DNA from: Kutzneria sp.
GTDB taxonomy: Bacteria > Actinomycetota > Actinomycetes > Mycobacteriales > Pseudonocardiaceae
Reading direction: 5' to 3'
Assembly (NCBI GenBank): GCA_019239965.1
Contig: JAFAZC010000102.1
Span: 18,819 to 42,818, forward strand
Length of the DNA: 24,000 nucleotides
This document shows, in pieces, positions 1-10,956 of this stretch. The notes beneath the pieces are model-generated. The model was given only the letters and a program-made list of their open reading frames with translations. It searched no databases and was not told the DNA's origin. The first letter of the stretch is position 1, and each line of letters begins with the position of its first letter. The position numbers and the translations under genes were made by a program.

Positions 1-1
1 G

Positions 2-457
2 ACTCTCGGTCTCACGCTGGCCAGTGATACGTCGACGGAATTCATCGACACCAACAACTTCCGGCTCGCGGTACTCGGCTTGGCACTCTACACCGGAACC
101 TTCGTCTGCGAGGCGATCAGATCCGGCGTCAACGCCGTTCCAATCGGACAGGCGGAGGCGGCGAGGGCTGTCGGGCTCAGATTCGGGCAGGTCCTGCGCA
201 TCGTTGTGCTGCCGCAGGCGATTCGGTCGGTGGTGGCTCCACTGGCGAGCGTGCTGATCGCGCTGACCAAGAACACCACCATCGCCAGCGCGATCGGTGT
301 CGCCGAAGCGTCACTGCTGATGAAGGAGATGCTGGAGAACGAGGGCGACAAGGGCATACTCGTGTTCACCGTCGTCGCGATCGGCTTCGTGGTCCTGACT
401 CTTCCGGTTGGCGTTGCGCTCGGCTGGCTCGCCAGGAGGGTGGGGGTAAAGCGATGA
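2..457 (+). CDS. Polar amino-acid ABC transporter permease (GluC/HisM-like), 5' end outside the window
   Basis: The frame is open from base 2 to TGA 455-457; track ORF 80..457 is only its ATG-limited tail. It has the EAA-loop motif GQAEAARAVGLRFGQVLRIVVLPQA typical of polar amino-acid permeases. Its stop overlaps the next start (ATGA at 454-457). Confidence 0.85.
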   Translation, partial: TLGLTLASDTSTEFIDTNNFRLAVLGLALYTGTFVCEAIRSGVNAVPIGQAEAARAVGLRFGQVLRIVVLPQAIRSVVAPLASVLIALTKNTTIASAIGVAEASLLMKEMLENEGDKGILVFTVVAIGFVVLTLPVGVALGWLARRVGVKR

Positions 458-1341
458 CGGGGCGGTCGGTCCTGTATGACGTCCCCGGTCCGAGGGCGAG
501 GAGACGCAACGTCGGCTACACCGTCGCGTTCGGACTCGCAGCGGCCGCCATCGCCTGGTTCGTGGTGTCCCGACTGGAGGACAAGGGGCAGCTCACCACG
601 GCTATGTGGGGCCCGTTCCTCGAACCGTCAACCTGGACGGGCTACCTGCTGCCGGGGTTGCGAACCACGGTGACCGCGGCTGTGCTGGCGATCGTGCTCG
701 CTCTGCCGATTGGTGCGGTGTTCGGCGTCGCACGGCTGTCGGACCATCGGTGGATCCGTGTCCCCGCCGGTGCTCTCGTCGAGTTGTTCCGTGCCGTCCC
801 GGTGCTGGTGCTGATGCTGTTCGCGGACTTCTACTACGCCTATTACACCGGCGTCGACTCCGACGTGCGGCCGCTGTTCTCCGTGGTGGTCGGTCTGGTG
901 CTCTACAACGGCTCGGTGCTCGCCGAGGTGTTCCGCGCCGGTATCACCGCTTTGCCGGCAGGGCAGTCAGAGGCCTCGTTCGCACTCGGGCTACGCAAGG
1001 CGCAGGTGATGGTGTCGATCCTGCTGCCACAGGCGGTGGCCGTCATGTTGCCCGCGATCATCAGCCAACTCGTCGTTGTCGTCAAGGACACCGCCCTCGG
1101 CGGCGTGATCCTGTCGTTCCCTGATCTGATGAGCAACTATCGGATCGTGCCGGCCAACTTCCAGAACGTCATTCCGTCGCTGATCGTCGTCGGGCTGATC
1201 TACGTGGTGCTCAACGGTGTCCTCAGCTGGGTGGCGTCCGCGCTACAGGGATGGCTAGCTCATCGGCGCGGCGGCGGACCGGAGCTGGCGGCCGTGACAG
1301 CGGCGACTGATATCGTCGCCGCGCACTCTGACAGTCTGTAG
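454..1341 (+). CDS. Polar amino-acid ABC transporter permease (GluD-like)
   Basis: 295 aa with multiple hydrophobic helices and the EAA-loop motif GQSEASFALGLRKAQVMVSILLPQAV. It is translationally coupled to the preceding permease. Confidence 0.85.
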   Translation: MTGRSVLYDVPGPRARRRNVGYTVAFGLAAAAIAWFVVSRLEDKGQLTTAMWGPFLEPSTWTGYLLPGLRTTVTAAVLAIVLALPIGAVFGVARLSDHRWIRVPAGALVELFRAVPVLVLMLFADFYYAYYTGVDSDVRPLFSVVVGLVLYNGSVLAEVFRAGITALPAGQSEASFALGLRKAQVMVSILLPQAVAVMLPAIISQLVVVVKDTALGGVILSFPDLMSNYRIVPANFQNVIPSLIVVGLIYVVLNGVLSWVASALQGWLAHRRGGGPELAAVTAATDIVAAHSDSL

Positions 1342-1380
1342 GACACTACGCCGGCCCGCGCTGGCGCGGCGAACACCAGA

Positions 1381-1449
1381 CAGCCGACGGCGGGCACGGA
1401 TACATACGGGTGCGTCACCCGTCGATCCTGACCAGCGTGCCGTCGGCTG
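1381..1449. terminator. Nested inverted repeat between convergent genes (candidate bidirectional terminator)
   Basis: The 11-bp arm CAGCCGACGGC (1381-1391) pairs with GCCGTCGGCTG (1439-1449). They enclose a 7-bp/3-nt hairpin, ACGGGTG cgt CACCCGT (1406-1422). There is no U-tract. The element lies between the permease stop (1341) and the sdhB stop (1472). Confidence 0.3.
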
Positions 1450-1471
1450 CCGGCTCGGCGGAACGTCGCGC

Positions 1472-2236
1472 TCAGTCCTTGTCGGCCCGCCGGAACAGTC
1501 GCATCAGCGGATCGTAACTGCGGTCGGCGACCCGCTCCTTGAGTGGGATAAGGGCGTTGTCTGTGATCTTGATGTGTTCGGGGCACACCTCGGTGCAGCA
1601 CTTGGTGATGTTGCAGAAACCCAGTCCGTGCTGCGTCTTGGCGGTAGCCGTCCGGTCGACCCCGGTATTCTCCTCGAGACTGTCCAGCGGGTGCATCTCC
1701 AGCTCTGAGATGCGCATCAGGAACCGAGGTCCGGAGAAGGACTCCTTGTTGTCCTCGTGGTCACGCACCACGTGGCAGGTGTTCTGGCACAGGAAACACT
1801 CGATGCACTTGCGGAACTCCTGCGAGCGTTCCACGTCGACCTGCCGCATCCGGTACTCGCCAGGCTTGAGGTCCTTCGGCGGGCTGAACGCGGGCACCTC
1901 GCGGGCCTTGGTGTAGTTGAAACTGACGTCGGTGACGAGGTCCCGCACCACCGGGAAGGTCCGCATCGGCGTGACGGTGACAACCTCGTCCTCGGCGAAC
2001 ACCGACATCCGAGTCATGCACAACAGCCGGGGGCGGCCGTTGATCTCCGCGGAACAGGATCCGCACTTGCCCGCCTTGCAGTTCCACCGCACGGCGAGAT
2101 CCGGTGCCTGGGTGGCCTGCAACCGGTGGATGACGTCGAGCACGACTTCACCCTCGTTCACCTCGACGGTGAAGTCGTGCAGGCCGCCTCCGTCGGTGTC
2201 CCCACGCCACACCCGGAAGTGCGCCTTGTACCCCAT
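1472..2236 (-). CDS. sdhB: Succinate dehydrogenase/fumarate reductase iron-sulfur subunit
   Basis: 254 aa with three Cys clusters: CKAGKCGSCSAEINGRPRLLC (2Fe-2S), CIECFLCQNTC and CNITKCCTEVCP. It lies 1 nt downstream of the flavoprotein gene. Confidence 0.93.
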   Translation of the reverse strand: MGYKAHFRVWRGDTDGGGLHDFTVEVNEGEVVLDVIHRLQATQAPDLAVRWNCKAGKCGSCSAEINGRPRLLCMTRMSVFAEDEVVTVTPMRTFPVVRDLVTDVSFNYTKAREVPAFSPPKDLKPGEYRMRQVDVERSQEFRKCIECFLCQNTCHVVRDHEDNKESFSGPRFLMRISELEMHPLDSLEENTGVDRTATAKTQHGLGFCNITKCCTEVCPEHIKITDNALIPLKERVADRSYDPLMRLFRRADKD

Positions 2237-2237
2237 G

Positions 2238-4148
2238 TCAGCTCTCCTTGGCGGGAATCGCGGCGAGCTCGCCAGCGGTGAAGTACTTCTGCAGCTCGGT
2301 GTGGTCGAACAGTGCCAGCAGGTCCTCGCGCATCGGAATCTGATCCTTGGCCGTCACGGTGACACCGTCCCCCGCGGCCTCGCAGACCAGCAACTGCTTG
2401 CGCCAGTTGGGATCCATCTGCGGATGATCTTCACGGGTGTGGCCGCCGCGGCTCTCGGTGCGCAGGAGTGCGGCCTTGGCGATGCACTCGCTCACCAGCA
2501 ACATGTTGCGCAGGTCTATGGCCAGATGCCAACCCGGGTTGAACTGCCGGTGCCCCTCGACGACGATATTGGCGGCTCGCTGCTTGAGCTCGGCGAGCTG
2601 GGTGAGTGCCTGCTCGACCTCTTCCCCCCGCCGGATGATGCCGACCAGGTCGTTCATCGCCTGTTGTAGCTGAGTGTGCACCGTGTAGGGATTCTCGACG
2701 GGTCCACTGCCAGTGGCCTCGAACGGAGTGACAGCACGTTCCGCGGCGGCGGTCACGTCGGACTCGGTGACCGACGGACGCTGACCTTCCGCCAGTCCCT
2801 CCACATAGGACGTCGCGCCAGAGCCGGCCCGCCGACCGAACACCAACAGGTCGGAAAGGGAGTTCCCGCCGAGCCTGTTGGAGCCGTGCATGCCACCGGC
2901 TACCTCGCCGGCCGCGAACAGGCCTGGGACCCGGGAGGCCGCAGTGTCCGGATCGACCTCCACACCGCCCATCACGTAGTGACAGGTCGGTCCGACCTCC
3001 ATCGGCTCCTTGGTGATATCGACGTCGGCGAGTTCCTTGAATTGGTGGTGCATGGACGGCAGCCTGCGGGTGATCTCCTCGGCCGACATCCTGCTCGACA
3101 CGTCGAGGAATACACCACCATGCGGGGAGTTGCGTCCCGCCTTGACCTCGGAGTTGATGGCCCGGGCCACCTCGTCACGCGGCAGCAGTTCCGGTGGGCG
3201 CCGGTTGCTGTCCGGGTCGGTGTACCAGCGGTCGGCCTCGGTCTCGTTGTCAGCGTACTTGTCCTTGAACACCTCGGGGATGTAGTCGAACATGAACCGC
3301 TTGCCCTCGGAGTTGCGCAGCACTCCGCCGTCACCTCGGACGGACTCGGTGACCAGGATGCCCTTCACGCTCGGCGGCCAGACCATGCCGGTCGGGTGGA
3401 ACTGCACGAACTCCATGTTGATCAGCGTGGCGCCGGCACGAAGGGCGAGCGCATGCCCGTCACCGGTGTATTCCCAGGAGTTCGAGGTGACCTTGAACGA
3501 CTTGCCGATGCCACCTGTGGCCAGGACGACCGCGGGCGCCTCGAACAGGACGAAGCGGCCGGTCTCACGCCAGTACGCAAAGGCGCCCGCGATCCTTCCG
3601 TTGTCCATCAACAGCTCGGTCACCGTGCACTCGGCGAAGACTTTCAAGCGCGACTCATAGTCGCCCGTCTCAGCGAAGTCCTCCTGCTGCAAGGACACGA
3701 CCTTCTGCTGCAGGCTGCGGATGAGCTCGAGCCCGGTGCGGTCGCCGACGTGGGCAAGCCTCGGATACTCGTGACCGCCAAAGTTGCGCTGGCTGATCCG
3801 GCCGTCGGCGGTGCGGTCGAACAGGGCACCGTAGGTCTCCAGCTCCCACACCCGGTCGGGAGCCTCCTTGGCGTGCAGTTCGGCCATCCGCCAGTTGTTC
3901 AAGAACTTGCCGCCACGCATGGTGTCCCGGAAGTGCACCTGCCAGTTGTCGTTGGCGTTCACGTTGCCCATGGAGGCGGCGATCCCGCCTTCGGCCATGA
4001 CAGTGTGCGCCTTGCCGAACAGCGACTTGCAGACGACCGCGGTACGCATGCCCAGTTGCCGTGCCTCGATCGCCGCGCGCAGTCCGGCCCCACCGGCCCC
4101 GATCACCACGACGTCGTAGGCGTGGCGTTCCAGCTCGGTCATTGACAC
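2238..4148 (-). CDS. sdhA: Succinate dehydrogenase/fumarate reductase flavoprotein subunit
   Basis: 636 aa with an N-terminal FAD fold (DVVVIGAGGAGLRAA), the HPTG motif, HYVMGG, and ESRGGHTRED near the C-terminus. Its size matches the mycobacterial Sdh1 flavoprotein. Confidence 0.95.
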   Translation of the reverse strand: MSMTELERHAYDVVVIGAGGAGLRAAIEARQLGMRTAVVCKSLFGKAHTVMAEGGIAASMGNVNANDNWQVHFRDTMRGGKFLNNWRMAELHAKEAPDRVWELETYGALFDRTADGRISQRNFGGHEYPRLAHVGDRTGLELIRSLQQKVVSLQQEDFAETGDYESRLKVFAECTVTELLMDNGRIAGAFAYWRETGRFVLFEAPAVVLATGGIGKSFKVTSNSWEYTGDGHALALRAGATLINMEFVQFHPTGMVWPPSVKGILVTESVRGDGGVLRNSEGKRFMFDYIPEVFKDKYADNETEADRWYTDPDSNRRPPELLPRDEVARAINSEVKAGRNSPHGGVFLDVSSRMSAEEITRRLPSMHHQFKELADVDITKEPMEVGPTCHYVMGGVEVDPDTAASRVPGLFAAGEVAGGMHGSNRLGGNSLSDLLVFGRRAGSGATSYVEGLAEGQRPSVTESDVTAAAERAVTPFEATGSGPVENPYTVHTQLQQAMNDLVGIIRRGEEVEQALTQLAELKQRAANIVVEGHRQFNPGWHLAIDLRNMLLVSECIAKAALLRTESRGGHTREDHPQMDPNWRKQLLVCEAAGDGVTVTAKDQIPMREDLLALFDHTELQKYFTAGELAAIPAKES

Positions 4149-4188
4149 TCCGTATTCGGTGAGAACGGTACTTCTCAGAAACTGTGAC

Positions 4189-4977
4189 TTAGAAGAAGGA
4201 CAGGTCCGCGATCGTTCCGCTGGCGACCAGCGCGACGTAGAGGTCGGCGAGCGCGACTCCGAACAGCGAAGCCCAGGCGAACAGCATGTGCCTCGTGTTC
4301 AGCTTGGAGACCAGGGTCCAGGCCCGGTAGCGGACCGGGTGCTTGGAGAAGTGGGTGAGCCGACCTCCGATCACGTGCCGGCACGAGTGGCAGGACAGCG
4401 AGTACAGCCACAGCAGGACCGCGTTGGCCACGAGGACCAGGGTGCCGACGCCGGCGTGCCCCCAGGCACCCTCCGCGTTGCGGAAGGCGAGGATCGCGTC
4501 GTAGCTCAGGATCACATTGAAGATCAGGCCGATGTAGAAGAAGTACCTGTGGGCGTTGTTGAGCACCAACGGGACGCGGCGTTCGCCCGTGTACTTGCCG
4601 TGCGGCTCCGCCACGGCGCAGGCCGGCGGCGACGCCCAGAACCCGCGGTAGTAGGCCTTCCGGTAGTAGTAGCAGGTGAGCCGGAAGCCAAGCGGAAAGA
4701 TCAGCACGAGCAGCGCGGGTGAGAGCGCCCACCAACCGCCGACGATATGCACCTCGCCGGTGCCGGGAACACAGTTGGTGGCGAGGCAGGGCGAGTAGAA
4801 CGGCGAGAGGTAGGGAGCGGCGTAGTAGTCACCGTTCCAGAACGCCCGGATCGTGGCATAGATGATGAACGCGACCAGGACGGCGACGGTGACGACAGGC
4901 TGCACCCACCACCTGTCGGTACGCAGGGTGCGTGAGCTGATCTGCGCCCGGCCGGGGGCGGTGGTACCTACGGACAT
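4189..4977 (-). CDS. Succinate dehydrogenase/fumarate reductase membrane anchor (cytochrome b subunit, Sdh1-type)
   Basis: The track ORF 4189..5712 is over-extended. The internal ATG at 4977 is preceded by GAGGAG and starts MSVGTTAPGR, followed by five hydrophobic segments with conserved His (HRYFFY, HSCRH). This gives 262 aa, the first gene of the sdh operon. Confidence 0.8.
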   Translation of the reverse strand: MSVGTTAPGRAQISSRTLRTDRWWVQPVVTVAVLVAFIIYATIRAFWNGDYYAAPYLSPFYSPCLATNCVPGTGEVHIVGGWWALSPALLVLIFPLGFRLTCYYYRKAYYRGFWASPPACAVAEPHGKYTGERRVPLVLNNAHRYFFYIGLIFNVILSYDAILAFRNAEGAWGHAGVGTLVLVANAVLLWLYSLSCHSCRHVIGGRLTHFSKHPVRYRAWTLVSKLNTRHMLFAWASLFGVALADLYVALVASGTIADLSFF

Positions 4978-5219
4978 GTCTCCTCTGTTCGCGTCGTTGC
5001 GATGTAGTCGCGGACCACCGGTTCCGGTCGGCGTCCGCCTATGCCCTCGTCGGCTCCGTGTCACAGTCACGGGGTCGTGAACGTGCTCGGCACGAACACC
5101 GCCCCCCAGTCGAGGGGACGAGCGTAGCGCGGCTCTCGGAGCACTGGTGCACCAGGTTCTTGTGAAGCGCGGCACACGCGGTGAGTACGTTGCACGAGGA
5201 CAGTGCCGCGACGTGGTGA

Positions 5220-5876
5220 TCAGTCTTCGAGGAGACCGAGAGCCTCGGTGATCGAGTCGGCGACCGGCACTCCGGCGGCCTCCAGCCTGGGCCGGTCCAT
5301 CACTCCGGTCGAGACGAGCACGCATCGCGCGCCGACGCTGAGGGCCGCTTCGGCATCGTCGACCACGTCTCCGATGAGCACCACATCGGCGGGATCCACG
5401 GGAACCGCCGCGAGATGCTCGGCCAGATGCGCCGCCTTCGACCCGCCCAGGTTGGCTCCCCGCAGGCCATCGACGTGGGTGAACAGTTCGGTCAGGCTGA
5501 GCTCGCCGAGCATGGACATCAGTTCGTCGTGGAACCACATCGACAGCAACGACTGCGTCCTGCCCGCCGCGCGCCACTCGCGCAACAGCTGGGGCACCCC
5601 CACGGCGAGCCCACACGAGGCCAACTCGGCACGGTAGGCATCGTGGTAGAGCACATCGATCCTGGCCCAGTCCTGGGTGGTGAGACGCTGGCCGATCAGC
5701 CGCTCGTAGCACGCTGTCAGCGGTCGGCTGAACGCCGCACGCCAGCCGGCCAGGTCCAACGGGCCACGGCCGAACTCGGCAAGCACGGAGTTGACCGAGA
5801 TCAGGGTGGCCTGATTGTCATCGAGGAGGGTCCCGTTCCAGTCCCACACGATATGGCGGGCAGGTTCCAGGTTCAT
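5220..5876 (-). CDS. HAD-superfamily hydrolase (phosphatase-like)
   Basis: 218 aa. Motif I-like is VWDWNGTLLDD, with a motif II Ser in LLSMW, a Lys in GGSKAAH, and motif IV IGDVVDD. Confidence 0.8.
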   Translation of the reverse strand: MNLEPARHIVWDWNGTLLDDNQATLISVNSVLAEFGRGPLDLAGWRAAFSRPLTACYERLIGQRLTTQDWARIDVLYHDAYRAELASCGLAVGVPQLLREWRAAGRTQSLLSMWFHDELMSMLGELSLTELFTHVDGLRGANLGGSKAAHLAEHLAAVPVDPADVVLIGDVVDDAEAALSVGARCVLVSTGVMDRPRLEAAGVPVADSITEALGLLED

Positions 5877-6054
5877 TCGGTAAGCCTAGACGGGAGGCCC
5901 GACGAGGCCAGGTGATCGCGTCCCACTCCCCGGACCGGCGGAAACGGTGCACGGGCGCTGCCGGGAACGGGCCGCGCGACATCAGCGCGCCGCGTCCGAT
6001 CGGAAACCCGGTGCCGCGTGAGAAAGCAATTCCCTCTCGGGGACCCGGGCTTGA

Positions 6055-8379
<2,325 letters not shown>

Positions 8380-8588
8380 CAGGGGCCTCCGAACGCCGGA
8401 ACCGTTCGCTGGGACCAGAAACGAGGCGTTCCGTGGTGTGCTCGAACGTCGTCCACGGCCCGCCTGTCGGCAGACGCCGGATTGACGCCGCCGTGGACGG
8501 GCCGTCCTCGTCCTCCACCGCACCGAACGCCTGACCTGCCGACCGTGAGGAGGCGCCATGTTCCTTCGGACTGGCGAGCCGATTTGTC

Positions 8589-8957
8589 TCAGGCCGGCTC
8601 CGGGGTTGCGACCGGCGGCGTCGCTGCCAAGACCGAGGTGAGCAGGCCGGGAAAACGGCGCTCCAACTCGTCCTTGCGCAGTCGGCTGAGCCGGGTGTTG
8701 CCGACCAGCCTGGTGGCCAGCACACCGCTCTCCCGCAGCGTGCGCAGATGATGTGACACGGTGGAGTGCTTGACCGGGACGTCGAGCGTGGTGCAAGAAC
8801 CTTCGCCGGTGGCGTCGAGCAGCCGGACGATCCGCAGGCGCACCGGGTCGGAGAGCGCTTGCAGGACCGTGCCGACGTCGACCCGCGCGAGGTCGGGTTG
8901 TGGCAGCCAGGTCTCCGTCTGGCTGAGCCTCATGCCGGTGGAACGACGGTCCTTCAC
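8589..8957 (-). CDS. ArsR/SmtB-family winged-HTH transcriptional regulator
   Basis: 122 aa with LQALSDPVRLRIVRLL...STVSHHLRTLRESGVL, the typical ArsR HTH. The GTG start at 8957 is uncertain (alternative ATG at 8933). It is divergent from an MFS gene. Confidence 0.8.
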   Translation of the reverse strand: MKDRRSTGMRLSQTETWLPQPDLARVDVGTVLQALSDPVRLRIVRLLDATGEGSCTTLDVPVKHSTVSHHLRTLRESGVLATRLVGNTRLSRLRKDELERRFPGLLTSVLAATPPVATPEPA

Positions 8958-8990
8958 GACTCCATCCTATTTGATGATCACAATATCCAC

Positions 8991-9025
8991 TGTCGATGAC
9001 AATCGATATTTACGACTGTCATCGA
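8991..9025. promoter_or_regulatory. Candidate operator in the ArsR/MFS divergent intergenic region
   Basis: TCGATGACA (8993-9001) and TGTCATCGA (9017-9025) are perfect 9-bp inverted repeats separated by 15 nt. They sit in an AT-rich stretch between the two start codons (8957 and 9074). Confidence 0.35.
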
Positions 9026-9073
9026 ATAAGGTCACGGTGGCGACCACCACTGCCCCGCCTAGAACGGAGACCT

Positions 9074-10289
9074 ATGGCCCACTCCGCCGCAGTCGACGAA
9101 CGCTGGCTTCCCCAGGTGGCCGTGCTGGCCTTCGGCACCTTCGCCGTCGGCACCGACGCCTTTGTCGTCGCCGGCCTGCTGCCCGACATCAGCCGCTCGC
9201 TGTCGGTCAGCGTTGCGGCAGCCGGTCAGCTGGTCAGCGTGTTCTCTCTTGCCTACGCGGTGCTGTCGCCATTGCTCGCCGCACTGACCGGCAGCTGGTC
9301 GCGGCGCGCCGTGCTGGTCACCGCTCTGCTGGTGTTCGCTACCGGCAATGTGGCCACGGCGCTGGTGCCGGGCTACCCGCTGGTACTAGCCACCCGGGTG
9401 CTCGCCGCCGCCGGCGCGGCCATGTTCACTCCCAACGCCGGCGCCACTGCCGCCGCCATCGCCGGCGAGCGGCGGCGCGGCCAGGCTATCTCCATGGTGA
9501 CCATGGGGCTGACCTGCTCACTGGTGGCGGGCGCCCCGCTGGGCACCGCTATCGGCAATGCCTGGGGGTGGCGGTCCACCATGTGGTTCGTCGCCGCCCT
9601 GGCCGCGGTCGTCATACCGATCATCGCGCTGCGCCTGCCATCCGTCAGGTTCACCGGCGCCACCGGCCTGCGGCAGCGGTTCGCTCCGCTGGCCGACAGC
9701 CGGATAGGCCGTGTACTGGCCGGCACGCTGCTTGCCTTCACAGGGGATCTACCTGCCCTATACCTATATCAGCTCCGTGTTCGCCCCCGCCCTGAGCGGT
9801 GACGACAACCGGGTGGCAGTGCTGCTGCTCGCCTTCGGGGTGGCCGGCACCGTGGGCAACCTGATCGCCGGCAAGCTGGCCGACCGATACGGGCCGCGGC
9901 GGGTGGTCATCGCCGCGTCTCTCGCTCTGACCGCGGTGTTCCTCCTCATGCTGCCGATCCGTGGGGTGTTCGCCGCGGCGGTCCCGGTGGTCGCACTTTG
10001 TGGCATCGCTTCCTGGTCGGTCACCGCTCCGCAGCAGCACCGGGCCATCACGCTGTCGCCGACCGGAGCCGGGCCGCTGGCGGTCTCACTCAACGCGGCA
10101 GTGCTGTACCTGGCGATCTCGCTGTCCAGCGTGGTCGGCGCGATCTGCCTGGACTCGTTCGGCTCCGCGGTGGCACTGCCGGTGATCGCGGCCGTGTCCG
10201 TCCTGGCGGCGGCGATCCTGACCATGCTGTCCGGCCCAGCCGAGCAGCGGGCTCTGGCCGCTGCGGGCGAAGGCGGGCCACGACGGTGA
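9074..10289 (+). pseudogene. MFS transporter (12-TM type) with a +1 frameshift
   Basis: The N-terminal part is in the frame of ORF 8996..9802 (ATG 9074 after GGAGA) and the C-terminal part is in ORF 9711..10289. The reading LLAFTG / IYLPYTYISSVF is restored by removing one G from the GGGG run at 9743-9746. Total length is 1216 nt, i.e. 405 codons plus 1 nt. Confidence 0.8.
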
Positions 10290-10460
10290 GGTGACGGTCC
10301 CCCACCGCCCGAAGGGATCACGGCGGCAATGGATTCGGCTATCCGACAAGCGATCGACGAGCAGTGAACGCGCCACGAAAAGTAGGGGTCAGCACTCACG
10401 CGTCGTGGAAACGGGCGGCCTGCGGTCCCATGCGTGACCGCTGTTTCTGATATACCCCAC

Positions 10461-10781
10461 GTGAACCAGCCAGAGCGGCGACCGGCTGAGATCAAGGCCT
10501 CGTTCTGGCTCTGGATTGTCGGCGCGGCGACAAGTAGCGCCGCTGTCCTGTGGTCCGCTGTTGCGGAGCTCGCTGACCTGCACTGAACTTGTCGGACCGC
10601 CGAGGACAGCGGCCACCGGTGATTCTGGGCTCAAGGTGATTTCGCGGTAGCTGTCATCGTGTTCTGCGTCATTCTGGTACTGGCCTTCGCTGCACTACTC
10701 GTCACCTTGGCGTTCCCCATGCGAGCGAGTAAGGACTGGACCCGGATCGCCCTTGCGGTAGTCACTCCCCTTGCCTTGTGA
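10461..10781 (+). pseudogene. Remnant of a small multi-TM membrane protein with two in-frame TGA codons
   Basis: A single frame from GTG 10461 reads VNQPERRPAEIKASFWLWIVGAATSSAAVLWSAVAELADLH * TCRTAEDSGHR * FWAQGDFAVAVIVFCVILVLAFAALLVTLAFPMRASKDWTRIALAVVTPLAL *. The in-frame stops are at 10584 and 10620. Two TM-like segments remain, in a pattern I recall from small actinobacterial membrane proteins. Confidence 0.35.
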
Positions 10782-10956
10782 GCCGGATGACGAGAAGCGA
10801 AAACAGGGCGGCGCCGACGGCGCGAGGCCGGCCAGGCTATCGGTGTCCAGCCTTTCCGACAGTGCGCCACCCTGAAGCACCGGCACCTCACCAGAAGCAC
10901 CCAACAGAAAAGCCGCGATCACACATCCCATGCCCTATCGTGTATCGCGTTTGCCG

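Noticed and set aside
2676-4145. 489-aa ORF on the + strand opposite sdhA. Similar long antisense or off-frame ORFs occur at 5818..6912, 7690..8319, 9764..10495, 15333..16514, 18354..19220 and 20872..22053.
   Set aside because: These are typical high-GC shadow ORFs. Their translations are Arg/Pro/Gly/Ala-rich and low in complexity, with no motifs. Each one overlaps a gene with clear family signatures on the other strand or in another frame.
4978-5712. 5' extension of the sdh membrane-anchor ORF (track 4189..5712, 507 aa).
   Set aside because: The extension is Arg-rich nonsense running through the HAD gene on the same strand. The internal ATG at 4977, with its GAGGAG RBS, gives a normal 262-aa cytochrome b-type subunit.
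8386-8430. CGAAC...GTTCG-like elements (CGAACGCCGGAACCGTTCG) after the glycosidase gene, considered as a LexA box.
   Set aside because: The spacing is N9 or N1 rather than N4, and the site lies between convergent 3' ends. It is more likely part of an imperfect terminator hairpin (GAACGCC / GGCGTTC).
10584-10622. The two in-frame TGA codons, considered as possible selenocysteine or programmed read-through sites.
   Set aside because: I saw no SECIS-like hairpin immediately downstream. TGA is the commonest stop codon in high-GC genomes, and the neighbouring genes are also decayed.
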